IMG/VR virus record: IMGVR_UViG_3300017766_003372
Location: 1-35,968 of that record
Length of the DNA stretch: 35,968 bases
Reading direction: 5' to 3' (one strand)
Source: a virus
Lineage: Duplodnaviria > Caudoviricetes
In this document: one piece after another, positions 1-7,785 of the stretch
How positions within the stretch are numbered: position 1 is the first letter of the stretch
How the letters are laid out: each line of letters opens with the position of its first letter
Notes under the pieces: generated by a model
What the model was told of the DNA's origin: nothing
The model's database searches: none
Seen by the model: only the letters and a program-made list of their open reading frames with translations
Translations under genes and position numbers: made by a program

Positions 1-44
1 GGCTCGCAGGGCTCGGGTCGGGCTCCCGGGGCCGGGAAGTACCT
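1..44 (-). other. Putative cos packaging region (cosQ-like AGGTACT followed by cosN region at the window edge)
   Basis: Minus strand AGGTACT-TCCCGG at 44->32 resembles lambda cosQ GGGTCCT-TTCCGG. It lies 37 nt from the window edge, after the last gene of the leftward operon. Confidence 0.4.
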
Positions 45-49
45 TTCGC

Positions 50-66
50 TGTTGCATTTTGCAACA
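50..66. repeat. Perfect inverted repeat TGTTGCA-TTT-TGCAACA
   Basis: Seen directly; possible protein-binding site next to the putative cos. Confidence 0.5.
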
Positions 67-146
67 ACTGTGTGTTTCGTGCCTGTTTTCATGGCATTTT
101 CGCGTTGTTGCGCGTCATTCATGCGGTGTTATTGCCTTGTTGCGCT

Positions 147-548
147 TCATGGTCTGCCATCTTTGCCAATCCAACCGTCTTGGATCGGGTCTTGATACTC
201 GTAATTCTCTGGGTCCATGCCAACGCAACGCACTACCTCACGCGCGAGCCTTACTAAGTCTGACGTTTGCACGATAACCAATGATGGTTTGCGTGAGCGA
301 CGATGCCAGACGATCGGAACCTTGTCGTCGTTGGCATCCCCCTGGGCCTGCTCCATTGCGACATAGACCGAAAGCGTTTCGGTTCTCTTGCACTCAACGT
401 GGATTGCCGCATCCAACACAACATCCGGTGAGTCTGGCCCGCCTTGGAATTGCACCCCTCGACGCGCGTTGACGTTGAGAATCGCCCCCAGTTCGTCTCT
501 TGCTTCTCGCTCCCCGCGCTTTCCCTTCTCACGCTCACGCTTGCCCAT
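147..548 (-). CDS. PD-(D/E)XK nuclease, Holliday junction resolvase-like
   Basis: MGKREREKGKRGEREA...PDVV...VECKR...PIVWHRR, the Hjc-like motif order. Start reassigned to ATG at 548. Confidence 0.8.
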   Translation of the reverse strand: MGKREREKGKRGEREARDELGAILNVNARRGVQFQGGPDSPDVVLDAAIHVECKRTETLSVYVAMEQAQGDANDDKVPIVWHRRSRKPSLVIVQTSDLVRLAREVVRCVGMDPENYEYQDPIQDGWIGKDGRP

Positions 549-1014
549 TGTTTTCCTCATCATCTTCGAGGATGGCACACAACCCGCGCCGGGCCCGACA
601 CTCTGCCGCCCGTTCCGCGATCTCCTCTGGGGTCGGATCGCCCGGGAGCCTGCCCTGTTCCTGCCTGTTCTTGTGAACAGGCGGCAACCGATTGGACAAC
701 GCGAACGTCCGCGGCGGAAACCCTTCAAGCTCTGCCCAGCGGGCAATCGTTTTGTTGCAAGCCTGGAAATGCCTGGAAATCGAACTAAGAGAAACGCGCG
801 GATTGTCCCAAAGCGTTCGGAACTCTTGCACTCGATTCGCCTTGTCAGCGATACGCTTCGTTCCGCTATCCCGCTTCGGGAACTGAAAGCGTCTCGCCCA
901 ATCGTTAATGAGCGACTTGCTGCGCCCGTATTTCTTTGAGATGTCAAGGATTGTCATTCGCGGATTGTTCCAATCTGCGGCAAGCTCATCCCTGGTTGGA
1001 AATAAGAGACTCAT
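535..1014 (-). CDS. Tandem HTH-like DNA-binding protein with C-terminal DPTPEEI motif
   Basis: Two repeats (WNNPRMTILDISKKYGRSKSLINDWA and WDNPRVSLSSISRHFQACNKTIARWA). Overlaps neighbouring genes. Confidence 0.65.
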   Translation of the reverse strand: MSLLFPTRDELAADWNNPRMTILDISKKYGRSKSLINDWARRFQFPKRDSGTKRIADKANRVQEFRTLWDNPRVSLSSISRHFQACNKTIARWAELEGFPPRTFALSNRLPPVHKNRQEQGRLPGDPTPEEIAERAAECRARRGLCAILEDDEENNGQA

Positions 1015-1256
1015 GGACGATCAATCAACTCCTTGACCATTCGCCGCAGATCGGCAATTTCTATTGACGCAGCCAATGCAGATTCGGAACACGCTTTCCA
1101 ATCCGCGGCCTTTTCGTTTTTGAGACGATCAATTTCCGACACGAGGCGCGATACAAGGCACGGCGGATGCCAATGGTGGCAATTTTCAGAGTGCGTTTGT
1201 ATCCGCTGCGGTTGTTGCGCGATCCACGCTTTCGCGTCTTCGACTATGTCTTTCAC
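1011..1256 (-). CDS. Hypothetical phage protein (HSENCHHWH motif, coiled coil)
   Basis: GTG start overlaps the upstream stop; its stop overlaps the next ATG. Confidence 0.6.
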   Translation of the reverse strand: MKDIVEDAKAWIAQQPQRIQTHSENCHHWHPPCLVSRLVSEIDRLKNEKAADWKACSESALAASIEIADLRRMVKELIDRP

Positions 1257-1516
1257 CCGTCCCCCTCCGGCCCCGGCGGCAGCGGCTGCCAGTGGGTCAC
1301 GCGACAACCTATCGGCTCGTCCCCACAGCCAATCCCGTCGTGCCACTTCCCGTTGACGAGCCATGCCACCTGCGGCCCGTACAGGCTTGGAACATTCACA
1401 ACCACTCGACGGTGATCTTCCGGCAACCTCTCCCCCACGCTGATCCACCGCCGCTCGCGGCCTGTGAACCGTAAGGCTGGGCCGTAGAGTTGCCGCTCGC
1501 GGCCTGTGCGACGCAC
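1253..1516 (-). CDS. DUF551-family protein (start uncertain)
   Basis: WISVGERLPE...VTHWQPLPPGP is the typical DUF551 signature. Confidence 0.7.
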   Translation of the reverse strand: MRRTGRERQLYGPALRFTGRERRWISVGERLPEDHRRVVVNVPSLYGPQVAWLVNGKWHDGIGCGDEPIGCRVTHWQPLPPGPEGDG

Positions 1517-1959
1517 GAACCTTCACCGGCGGTTGATGTTCGTGCTTCAAGTTCTTTCCGCAGCCGCTCCGCCTCTGATTCTGCCTTCAGTCGCTGGATC
1601 TCCGATTTGACGAGCGCACGACGCAGCACCTCGGCGTCGGCATCGGACGATGGATCGTCGCTGACGACGCGGACGGATTCGCCGTGCGTCAGCGCTTCGC
1701 CCCTGAGGAAGAAATCCCAATCCCATTCCGACGCTTTCTTGTAGCCGCTGTTGTTGAACTGCGTGATCTCCAGCGTCACCCGCTCCGTCCGCATGCCGTC
1801 CCCCTTGTTTTGGTGTTCCACCGCCGATGATCCCGAAACGCTTTTCGGGATCATCGCCTCGATGCATTGTTCAAGCGTCGGCAGCGGCCTTGTCCTGCCG
1901 TCCTCGGCCGCTCGCACGGCGGCGTCCCTTGCAACGTCGTGGCACCATGCGTGGGTCAT
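1396..1959 (-). CDS. Hypothetical protein with coiled coil
   Basis: ATGA overlap with the upstream gene at 1956-1959. Confidence 0.55.
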   Translation of the reverse strand: MTHAWCHDVARDAAVRAAEDGRTRPLPTLEQCIEAMIPKSVSGSSAVEHQNKGDGMRTERVTLEITQFNNSGYKKASEWDWDFFLRGEALTHGESVRVVSDDPSSDADAEVLRRALVKSEIQRLKAESEAERLRKELEARTSTAGEGSCVAQAASGNSTAQPYGSQAASGGGSAWGRGCRKITVEWL

Positions 1960-2156
1960 CGGGCGGCCTCCAAGAGATAAACAATCCACATCACCAAAGC
2001 CGCAATGACCACCCACTGGATCATTACTTGGACTGCACGACGCTCGGCCTCGCGGGCCAGCTCGCGGGCGATGCCTGCCAAAGAACGAACCTTCACCGGC
2101 AGCATCTTCCGCTCCCAGCGTCTGTTGGAGTTTCGTAGTTGCCGTTTCGTCAGCAC
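1956..2156 (-). CDS. Small membrane protein
   Basis: C-terminal hydrophobic helix VMIQWVVIAALVMWIVYLL; GGAGG RBS upstream. Confidence 0.6.
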   Translation of the reverse strand: MLTKRQLRNSNRRWERKMLPVKVRSLAGIARELAREAERRAVQVMIQWVVIAALVMWIVYLLEAAR

Positions 2157-2157
2157 C

Positions 2158-2182
2158 TCACCCCTCCCGCGGCCTCGCCGCT
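2158..2182. repeat. 25-bp direct repeat copy 1 (TCACCCCTCCCGCGGCCTCGCCGCT)
   Basis: Identical to 3409-3433. Confidence 0.9.
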
Positions 2183-2861
2183 ATGCCACGCTCTCGTTGA
2201 ACAACGACAACTGCGAATCATCACGCATGATCCGAGCCTCTCGCTGGTATCTCTTCACGACGATCTCAAGCGCCTCGCCGTAGGTCAGCCATGGAAGATC
2301 GCGGGCCACTTGCATCCCGTCGCGCCACCAGTTGGTTGAATCCACTGAGTCGATCCGCCGAACGTGCCAGTATCTCCGCAGCGCCCAGCCGTGAATGTGG
2401 ACGCTCTCGGGGATGTTGTCACAGGCCCACCGGACGAAACGCTCCTTGCCTTCACGCGGGGGAGCGAGGCCGATGCCGACCCACTGCTTCCGCTCGACTG
2501 CGATGGCAACGATGTCCTTGAGCAGTTCCGGGGGGTCGGTGTCGTGGATCGTCGGGAATCCTTGCGGCATCGCTTCGTAGTTCCGCAGGCTCTTCCTCCA
2601 GTCGCCGGAAATGTCGTCGAGCCCGGCAACGGCGTCGGCGTGTCCGTCCCATCTCGCGGCCCACTCGCGATACGCTCCAAGATCGATCTGCTTGCCGGTC
2701 GTGAACGCCGAAAACGCCCCGCTGTCGATGAGGAGACGCCGAAACGTCTGCTGGTATCGATCCAACCACGGGGAGTAGCAGGCGAACGAGAACAGCACTG
2801 GCATCCCAGTTGCGTGCTCGGCCTGTTGCTGCGTGTTTGGTGAAGCCAGGTAGACCGTCAT
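2181..2861 (-). CDS. TGT/DpdA-like transglycosylase (putative 7-deazaguanine DNA modification)
   Basis: LLIDSGAFSA, LDDI, PTIH, IHGW and SVDSTNW motifs of the TGT barrel; no Zn-binding domain. Confidence 0.75.
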   Translation of the reverse strand: MTVYLASPNTQQQAEHATGMPVLFSFACYSPWLDRYQQTFRRLLIDSGAFSAFTTGKQIDLGAYREWAARWDGHADAVAGLDDISGDWRKSLRNYEAMPQGFPTIHDTDPPELLKDIVAIAVERKQWVGIGLAPPREGKERFVRWACDNIPESVHIHGWALRRYWHVRRIDSVDSTNWWRDGMQVARDLPWLTYGEALEIVVKRYQREARIMRDDSQLSLFNESVA

Positions 2862-3196
2862 GCAAACCGTTTTCCAATCGTGCTTGTGATCCAGCCGTGA
2901 GTTCTTGCGCGACCCATCACGGTGATACGCAGGTCAGGGAAGTCTTCCGACAACTGTTCTGCGAGACGCTCCACCGAAACAGGCTTCGCCAGCTTCCAGC
3001 GGATGATTCCGTCAATCGACAGAACGTCGTAGAACTTCCTGTCGTGGCACTCGAAAACGCATTTTATGACCATCTGGTCGTGCGCGATTTCGCAGATGCC
3101 GTGAAACTCGTCCGTTTCGTACTTCCAATCGGCCGACTGAGTCAGCACCAGCGCATGCTGTAGTTTCGGCATTTCTTTGACCTCTGCGGCTTCCAT
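2858..3196 (-). CDS. Putative QueF-like T-fold protein
   Basis: EFHGIC (cf. EFTSLC), SVERLAEQL (T-fold Glu helix), RITVMG..HG. Translationally coupled to the TGT-like gene. Confidence 0.45.
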   Translation of the reverse strand: MEAAEVKEMPKLQHALVLTQSADWKYETDEFHGICEIAHDQMVIKCVFECHDRKFYDVLSIDGIIRWKLAKPVSVERLAEQLSEDFPDLRITVMGRARTHGWITSTIGKRFA

Positions 3197-3205
3197 TCCG
3201 TCCTC

Positions 3206-3409
3206 CTAGCGTTTTGAGGCAAGATGTTTGATCTGGTTCAGTTGGTGCATCCGTCGGCACCTGGGGTTGAGGTATCGCAGCCTCATGTATTCCCTGTGCG
3301 CTGCCCATTGCTCTGGAGTGCATCGATGCTTCGGCTTTCGGATGCACTTCGGGGAAACTCCCGCGGCGCGAATAGCACGGACGTTGGCGTCAAAATCTTG
3401 GTCGTGCAT
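3206..3409 (-). CDS. Small basic hypothetical protein
   Basis: ATG preceded by GGGAGGGG within the 25-bp repeat. Confidence 0.6.
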   Translation of the reverse strand: MHDQDFDANVRAIRAAGVSPKCIRKPKHRCTPEQWAAHREYMRLRYLNPRCRRMHQLNQIKHLASKR

Positions 3410-3433
3410 CACCCCTCCCGCGGCCTCGCCGCT
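3409..3433. repeat. 25-bp direct repeat copy 2
   Basis: Identical to 2158-2182. Confidence 0.9.
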
Positions 3434-3485
3434 TGAATACCGCTCTCGCTTGTTCAACGTTCGGCCCGATTTCTTTCACACTGCC

Positions 3486-3791
3486 TCAACCCGGATACGG
3501 CAGTCCGACCACCTCGATCCGCGCCCCGACGAGCGCCCACGCGGCTTGCTGCGTCGAGCCGTGGAGCAACACCCACACGGTCGCACCGACTCGTGAGTCG
3601 GCGTGTCCCCACCAGCGGTAGTAGCCGTACTCCCACGATCCGTTCGCATAGGTGATCCGCACCGTCTGCTGCCACCAGCGGGCAACCGCCGTCGCCTTCG
3701 CGGTCGGTTGCGTCCGCTGTATCGCACCATGCGATGACGCACCAACGAGACAAAGAGCCACGACCGCGAGAGCCACACGCATCAAACGCAT
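3486..3791 (-). CDS. Putative exported protein
   Basis: Signal-peptide-like MRVALAVVALCLVGASSHGA; GGAGGG RBS. Confidence 0.6.
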   Translation of the reverse strand: MRLMRVALAVVALCLVGASSHGAIQRTQPTAKATAVARWWQQTVRITYANGSWEYGYYRWWGHADSRVGATVWVLLHGSTQQAAWALVGARIEVVGLPYPG

Positions 3792-3823
3792 CTCGATTCC
3801 CTCCGAGAGTCCGTATCGTTCAC

Positions 3824-3911
3824 AACGTCACGCGGGAGTCGAACCCGCATCCCCGGCAGCGCCGGATTCTGCCCGCGATCGTTGAAGCGTTCGCTTTGAA
3901 CTAGTGACGTT
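3824..3911 (-). ncRNA. tRNA-like RNA or pseudo-tRNA
   Basis: Perfect acceptor stem ACGTCAC/GTGACGT, TA linker, D stem GTTC/GAAC, canonical T arm GCGGG-TTCGACT-CCCGC. Anticodon arm is aberrant and there is no CCA. Confidence 0.6.
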
Positions 3912-3967
3912 CGCCTGGGCTGCGTTGTTGACTCGCAGGCCCAGGTCTTGAGAGTCCCGCGATTGAA

Positions 3968-4339
3968 TCAACGCAACGAGTACCGACGACACGCATACCA
4001 GCGACCGTTTCCGTATGCCGTGCCTTCCTCGAGGATCGTTCCGCCGTTGTTGCAGCAACTCCGCAACGCAGCTTCGGGCGACGATCCAACCCCAATGCCT
4101 TCGTAGGTCGCGCCATGCGATGACGCATGAACGAGGACACCGCGGGAAGCCATCGCATCGGCATGAGCCTGGGCACCGTTGCCGCGCGTGACCGTGCGAA
4201 CCTTGGTTGTGGTTGAGTTACCGCAACCGTCATCGCTGCAACTTGTCGCGCTGGCCCGCGTGACGTTGCGCCGGAACGGGCCCGCGCTGGCTTCCGATCC
4301 GATGACCACCAGCGCGAGAACAAGAAGAAAACGCATCAT
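3968..4339 (-). CDS. Exported Cys-containing protein, CAP/SCP-like
   Basis: Signal peptide, then AQAHADAMA..LVH, EGIG and WYAC motifs reminiscent of the CAP fold. Confidence 0.55.
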   Translation of the reverse strand: MMRFLLVLALVVIGSEASAGPFRRNVTRASATSCSDDGCGNSTTTKVRTVTRGNGAQAHADAMASRGVLVHASSHGATYEGIGVGSSPEAALRSCCNNGGTILEEGTAYGNGRWYACRRYSLR

Positions 4340-4343
4340 CGAT

Positions 4344-4667
4344 TCACCCTCCTTGGGAATTGGGAACTTCCTTGACGAAGACCCCCTCCGGGGTCAGATA
4401 CCCGCGACGATCCTTGATCTGCTCCCACGCAGCCGCAAGGCAATCGGTCAGGTTCATGTCTTGGAGTCTTGCGTAGATAATGAGCGTGACAAGGGTGTCC
4501 CCTATCCCATCTTCCACTTCCTTCCGATTGCCTTTCAGAGTTGCGTCGGCAAGCTCCCCAACCTCTGACAAACACTTGAGGAGTTGGGCCTGGGGAGTTG
4601 AGTTGGGAAAGATGCCGCGCGAGATCGACCAACCAACAACGTTCGAAACCAATTCTTCCAAAGTCAT
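4344..4667 (-). CDS. MazG-like NTP pyrophosphohydrolase
   Basis: QLLKCLSEVGELAD...EDGIGD...AWEQIKDRRG...GVFVKE. Confidence 0.9.
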   Translation of the reverse strand: MTLEELVSNVVGWSISRGIFPNSTPQAQLLKCLSEVGELADATLKGNRKEVEDGIGDTLVTLIIYARLQDMNLTDCLAAAWEQIKDRRGYLTPEGVFVKEVPNSQGG

Positions 4668-4706
4668 TGCTTAACGCGGTTGCCCGCGCTCCGGAGGGTC
4701 AACCGA

Positions 4707-5522
4707 TCACGCGGGAACTTCCCGCCGCTTGCGTTGCAGGCTCTTGTCGCGGAACTCCCCGCCCAGCATCCGCGCCACGAAGGAAAGCCCCTTCTCGTCC
4801 ACCGCGACGAACTGCCGCAGGGTGGGGGGCGAGTCGAAACCAGAGCAGGCCCCCGCCTTGATTTGCGGGATTGCGGCGATTGCCTCCTCCAGCCTCCTAG
4901 GATCGCGCAGGAGGCCAATAGCCTCCGGGGGCGGGTCAACAGACCCCCAGCGTCTCTTTTCGCCCCAGGCAGCGTTCCAGGCCCCTTGGAGACGATCCCA
5001 TGCCGCCACCTCCTCCTCCGTTTCCAGAATCCCCGCCGATGGTGGTGGTGGTGGTGAATAAGACATGGTCATGGTCATGGAAGCATCTTCGGGGCATATG
5101 CCTTCGCATGTGCCTTCGCATATGCGTTCGCATCCCGAAACCTCGTTTTCAGCCGAGTTATCGGGGTCGGCTTCCGGGGCTGCGGCCTCCTTGGGAGCCC
5201 CTGCGGCGCGCCTTTTTTCCCATCCCGCGGAGGCCGATTGCCGGGCCTTCTCGCTCCGCTGTTCCGACAAGTGCCGTTCATGCTCAAGACGAGGATTCCG
5301 GCGCTTGCCACCCCTTGATATGGGGAACTTTGGTTCGATGGTCTTCCAGCACTTGGATAGGCCCGGGGAGATCAATTCCAACCGCTTCGGATCGGCTGGC
5401 AACCCGTCCTGCTCCCATTGGGCTACCAAGAGCGTGACATAGTGCCCGCGCTCTTCCGCCGTCCATCCCATCGTTGCCGCGATGAAGTCGCGCCCGAACA
5501 ACGGGAACCAGGGTGATGCCAT
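4707..5522 (-). CDS. DUF1376/YdaU-type replication initiator
   Basis: PWFPLFGRDF..TMGWTAEERGHYVTLL..QW, NPRLEHER; internal iterons. Confidence 0.85.
   Translation of the reverse strand: MASPWFPLFGRDFIAATMGWTAEERGHYVTLLVAQWEQDGLPADPKRLELISPGLSKCWKTIEPKFPISRGGKRRNPRLEHERHLSEQRSEKARQSASAGWEKRRAAGAPKEAAAPEADPDNSAENEVSGCERICEGTCEGICPEDASMTMTMSYSPPPPPSAGILETEEEVAAWDRLQGAWNAAWGEKRRWGSVDPPPEAIGLLRDPRRLEEAIAAIPQIKAGACSGFDSPPTLRQFVAVDEKGLSFVARMLGGEFRDKSLQRKRREVPA
5041..5133. repeat. Iteron-like array, putative replication origin
   Basis: Three 12-bp units GCAT(A/G)TGC(C/G)TTC at 5094-5129, plus ATGGTC and GGT repeats, inside the initiator linker. Confidence 0.6.
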
Positions 5523-5526
5523 CGAA

Positions 5527-5823
5527 CTACTCCCCCCGCGTCCTGCGGGCATTGAGCAACATTAAAAGACGCTTTGCCTCTGCGGGACCGATCTGGCCCG
5601 CGCCGTCCTTGTCAAGAATCCTTTTACGCACATCCTCCAAGCCGTCGATAGGCGCGGAGTTGATAAGGCAAACAAAGTCCTTTGAAAGCTGCGCCTCGAG
5701 TGGGCGATCCTCCATGAAATCCTTCGTTGTTGCTCTCGCTCGCTTGGCCTCTTGCGCGGCAATGTATTCCGCAACGAGCCTTTGAGTCTCCGATCTTGGC
5801 CGCTTCCATGCTTCGTCGTTCAT
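5527..5823 (-). CDS. Hypothetical protein
   Basis: TGATG overlap with the upstream gene. Confidence 0.6.
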   Translation of the reverse strand: MNDEAWKRPRSETQRLVAEYIAAQEAKRARATTKDFMEDRPLEAQLSKDFVCLINSAPIDGLEDVRKRILDKDGAGQIGPAEAKRLLMLLNARRTRGE

Positions 5824-6227
5824 CACGGCTCCCAGGTCGCTTCCGCGGCATCGCGCAACCGCCGCTCCCAATCCCCGAACTGCTCCCAGTTGAGAACGCG
5901 CGTAATGGGCTTGAACTCTGCCCGCGGTTCGCGGTGATGCCCGCCCACAAATTGCTCAATCTCAAACGCGCCCGTTTCGACGTTGCCGCGGATGACGTAG
6001 ACCGGGATGCCGCGGCGGATCATCGAGCAATATGCGATGACTTCCGCGAACGTGATCCGCTCCCCGTCGTTGGCCTTGTAGTCAAGAACCGCAATAACGT
6101 CGGGAACGGGGGTCTTCGTAACGAGGACGAAATCCAAGTCGCAAGCGTAGAACTCCTTCGATAAGAGTTTGTGCCGTTGCTTGAAGCGATCCCGCCTGGG
6201 GGAACCGTAGATTGTGGAGTCCATCAA
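5823..6227 (-). CDS. Restriction-endonuclease-fold (PD-(D/E)XK-like) protein
   Basis: DLDFV...VLDYK...MIRRGIPVYVI. Confidence 0.5.
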   Translation of the reverse strand: MMDSTIYGSPRRDRFKQRHKLLSKEFYACDLDFVLVTKTPVPDVIAVLDYKANDGERITFAEVIAYCSMIRRGIPVYVIRGNVETGAFEIEQFVGGHHREPRAEFKPITRVLNWEQFGDWERRLRDAAEATWEP

Positions 6228-6544
6228 AATCCCTCCGCGCTTCTAGCCCGCATCAGCTTTACTTGCTCGATCCAAACCGCGTTCCAATCAAAAGAGACTT
6301 CGCGGAGGGAACATTGATCGTCGCACCACTCTTGACGCTTAACCCCGTCTGAACCAGCGGCAAACTTCGTCGTTGCATGACAAGTGCCGTTGATGGATCG
6401 CAGTTCGTAGATGGCGCGGGTGTCGAATGGACTTCCTATCGTGTCCAGTTCGTCAAACACTTCCGCGGTCGTGTAATTGCGCGAAACGCGGAAGACCGAT
6501 ACCGTCTCGTTTTTCCAGATTGCCAGCATGAACGGCATAGCCAA
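6224..6544 (-). CDS. Hypothetical protein
   Basis: Coupled ORF in the early operon. Confidence 0.55.
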   Translation of the reverse strand: MAMPFMLAIWKNETVSVFRVSRNYTTAEVFDELDTIGSPFDTRAIYELRSINGTCHATTKFAAGSDGVKRQEWCDDQCSLREVSFDWNAVWIEQVKLMRARSAEGF

Positions 6545-6566
6545 TCCCCCAAGGTAAGAAGAAGAA

Positions 6567-6648
6567 ACCCAACGACGGGCGGTTTTCCGCGACGATCCCA
6601 GGCCCGATGTGATTCGGGTGATGGTAAAAGTCCCGCCCGCCGTTGGGT
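6567..6648 (-). promoter_or_regulatory. Long structured intergenic RNA element (terminator, attenuator or processing site)
   Basis: 16-bp basal stem with one G-U pair on the minus strand, an internal CCCGA/TCGGG hairpin, and a following UUUCUUCUUCUU tract. Confidence 0.55.
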
Positions 6649-6654
6649 GTACGA

Positions 6655-7182
6655 CTAGAACGGGATGTCGTCGCCCTCGTCAGCGGGCAAGCCCGCTTCC
6701 TGCCGCGCGGCCTCCACCTTTTGCGCTGGGGTTGTTGCCCTCTCGCGCGTTGGGCTCGGATACTGACCCGTGGGGGCCTGGAGATACGCTTCGATCTTCG
6801 GCTTCTCCTGCCCAGCATCGCGCCCGCTCTGCGCGACGTAGCTGCCGGTCTGGATGTTGACCTTCCGCCCCTCCAGCTTGGTTTCGTCCCAATCCTCCCC
6901 GCGAACGGGAGGAGCGACACCAGCGGCGCGGGCAAGGTCCGAAATCTTCCCGATGAAGTTCGTCGGGATCGATTCAAAAATGCGGTGCTTGCCCTCATGG
7001 ATCACATCGACCCAGAGCGACAGGCAATCGCCGCTGGGGTTGCGTTCGTTGACACGCCAACCCGCTTTGACTTCCGCCTTTTCAATCGTCGCAAGATATT
7101 TGCCGTGCGGGAGGCATCCTCGAGGCGCTTGCGTTTTCTCGCCCGCGGCATCGTCGGGGAACTTGTCCCAATCAATCCTCAT
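6655..7182 (-). CDS. DUF669-type single-stranded DNA-binding protein
   Basis: LPHGKYLATIEKAE near the N-terminus; acidic C-terminal tail EGDDIPF. Confidence 0.8.
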   Translation of the reverse strand: MRIDWDKFPDDAAGEKTQAPRGCLPHGKYLATIEKAEVKAGWRVNERNPSGDCLSLWVDVIHEGKHRIFESIPTNFIGKISDLARAAGVAPPVRGEDWDETKLEGRKVNIQTGSYVAQSGRDAGQEKPKIEAYLQAPTGQYPSPTRERATTPAQKVEAARQEAGLPADEGDDIPF

Positions 7183-7466
7183 CCTTGAATCTCCGGTTTG
7201 TGTTGCTGCCCGATCTTCGCCGCGCCGTCCGTGGCGATTTGTTGAACCTCTACCAAGAATCGATCAACGCTCATGCCGCCAAAGTCAAAAGTCCTCAACG
7301 CTTGGCGAATCTCCTCGACCCGCCGTTCGCGCTCGACCCGTTCCAAGGCAGCGTCCGCGGCTTTCCTTTTCTGCTCCGCGGCCTGTTCTTTGCGCCACGC
7401 CCAGGGGGTCCGGTCATGCCACGGCATCGGTTGAGCCCTCCGCTTTCCAGGCCGCGGCTTCCTCAA
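7179..7466 (-). CDS. Hypothetical coiled-coil protein (start may be ~7427)
   Basis: Stop overlaps the SSB start. Confidence 0.55.
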   Translation of the reverse strand: MRKPRPGKRRAQPMPWHDRTPWAWRKEQAAEQKRKAADAALERVERERRVEEIRQALRTFDFGGMSVDRFLVEVQQIATDGAAKIGQQHKPEIQG

Positions 7467-7785
7467 GGGCCTTGGTTGCCGCGATCAATGAGGACCGCAC
7501 AACGATTGATGAGTCGATGCCGCCCATCGTCGTAATCGCCCATTCGCAGTCAGCAATCAGACGACGAAGGGACGCCGATAACAGCGTGGCGTATTCCGCG
7601 ATCTGCTCCGGGCTGGGATCGGGAGGCGGGATTTTCTCGCCAGCCATGCAAATTGAGTTGTAGAGCGACGATCTGGTGTCGATTGACCGTCTGCGCCGCG
7701 CCTGCAACTCGTCAAAAATGTCCGCAGGTTGATCGCGCTCCCATTGCGTCAATTCAAACTGCGTTCGTGGGGGGCGGTCCATCAT
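7414..7785 (-). CDS. Hypothetical protein with DPSPEQI motif
   Basis: ATGA coupling to the AAA gene. Confidence 0.6.
   Translation of the reverse strand: MMDRPPRTQFELTQWERDQPADIFDELQARRRRSIDTRSSLYNSICMAGEKIPPPDPSPEQIAEYATLLSASLRRLIADCEWAITTMGGIDSSIVVRSSLIAATKALEEAAAWKAEGSTDAVA

Noticed and set aside
1450-1508. 17-bp direct repeat GCCGCTCGCGGCCTGTG (1450-1466 and 1492-1508)
   Set aside because: Real but short and intragenic; most simply a recombination scar in a mosaic region.
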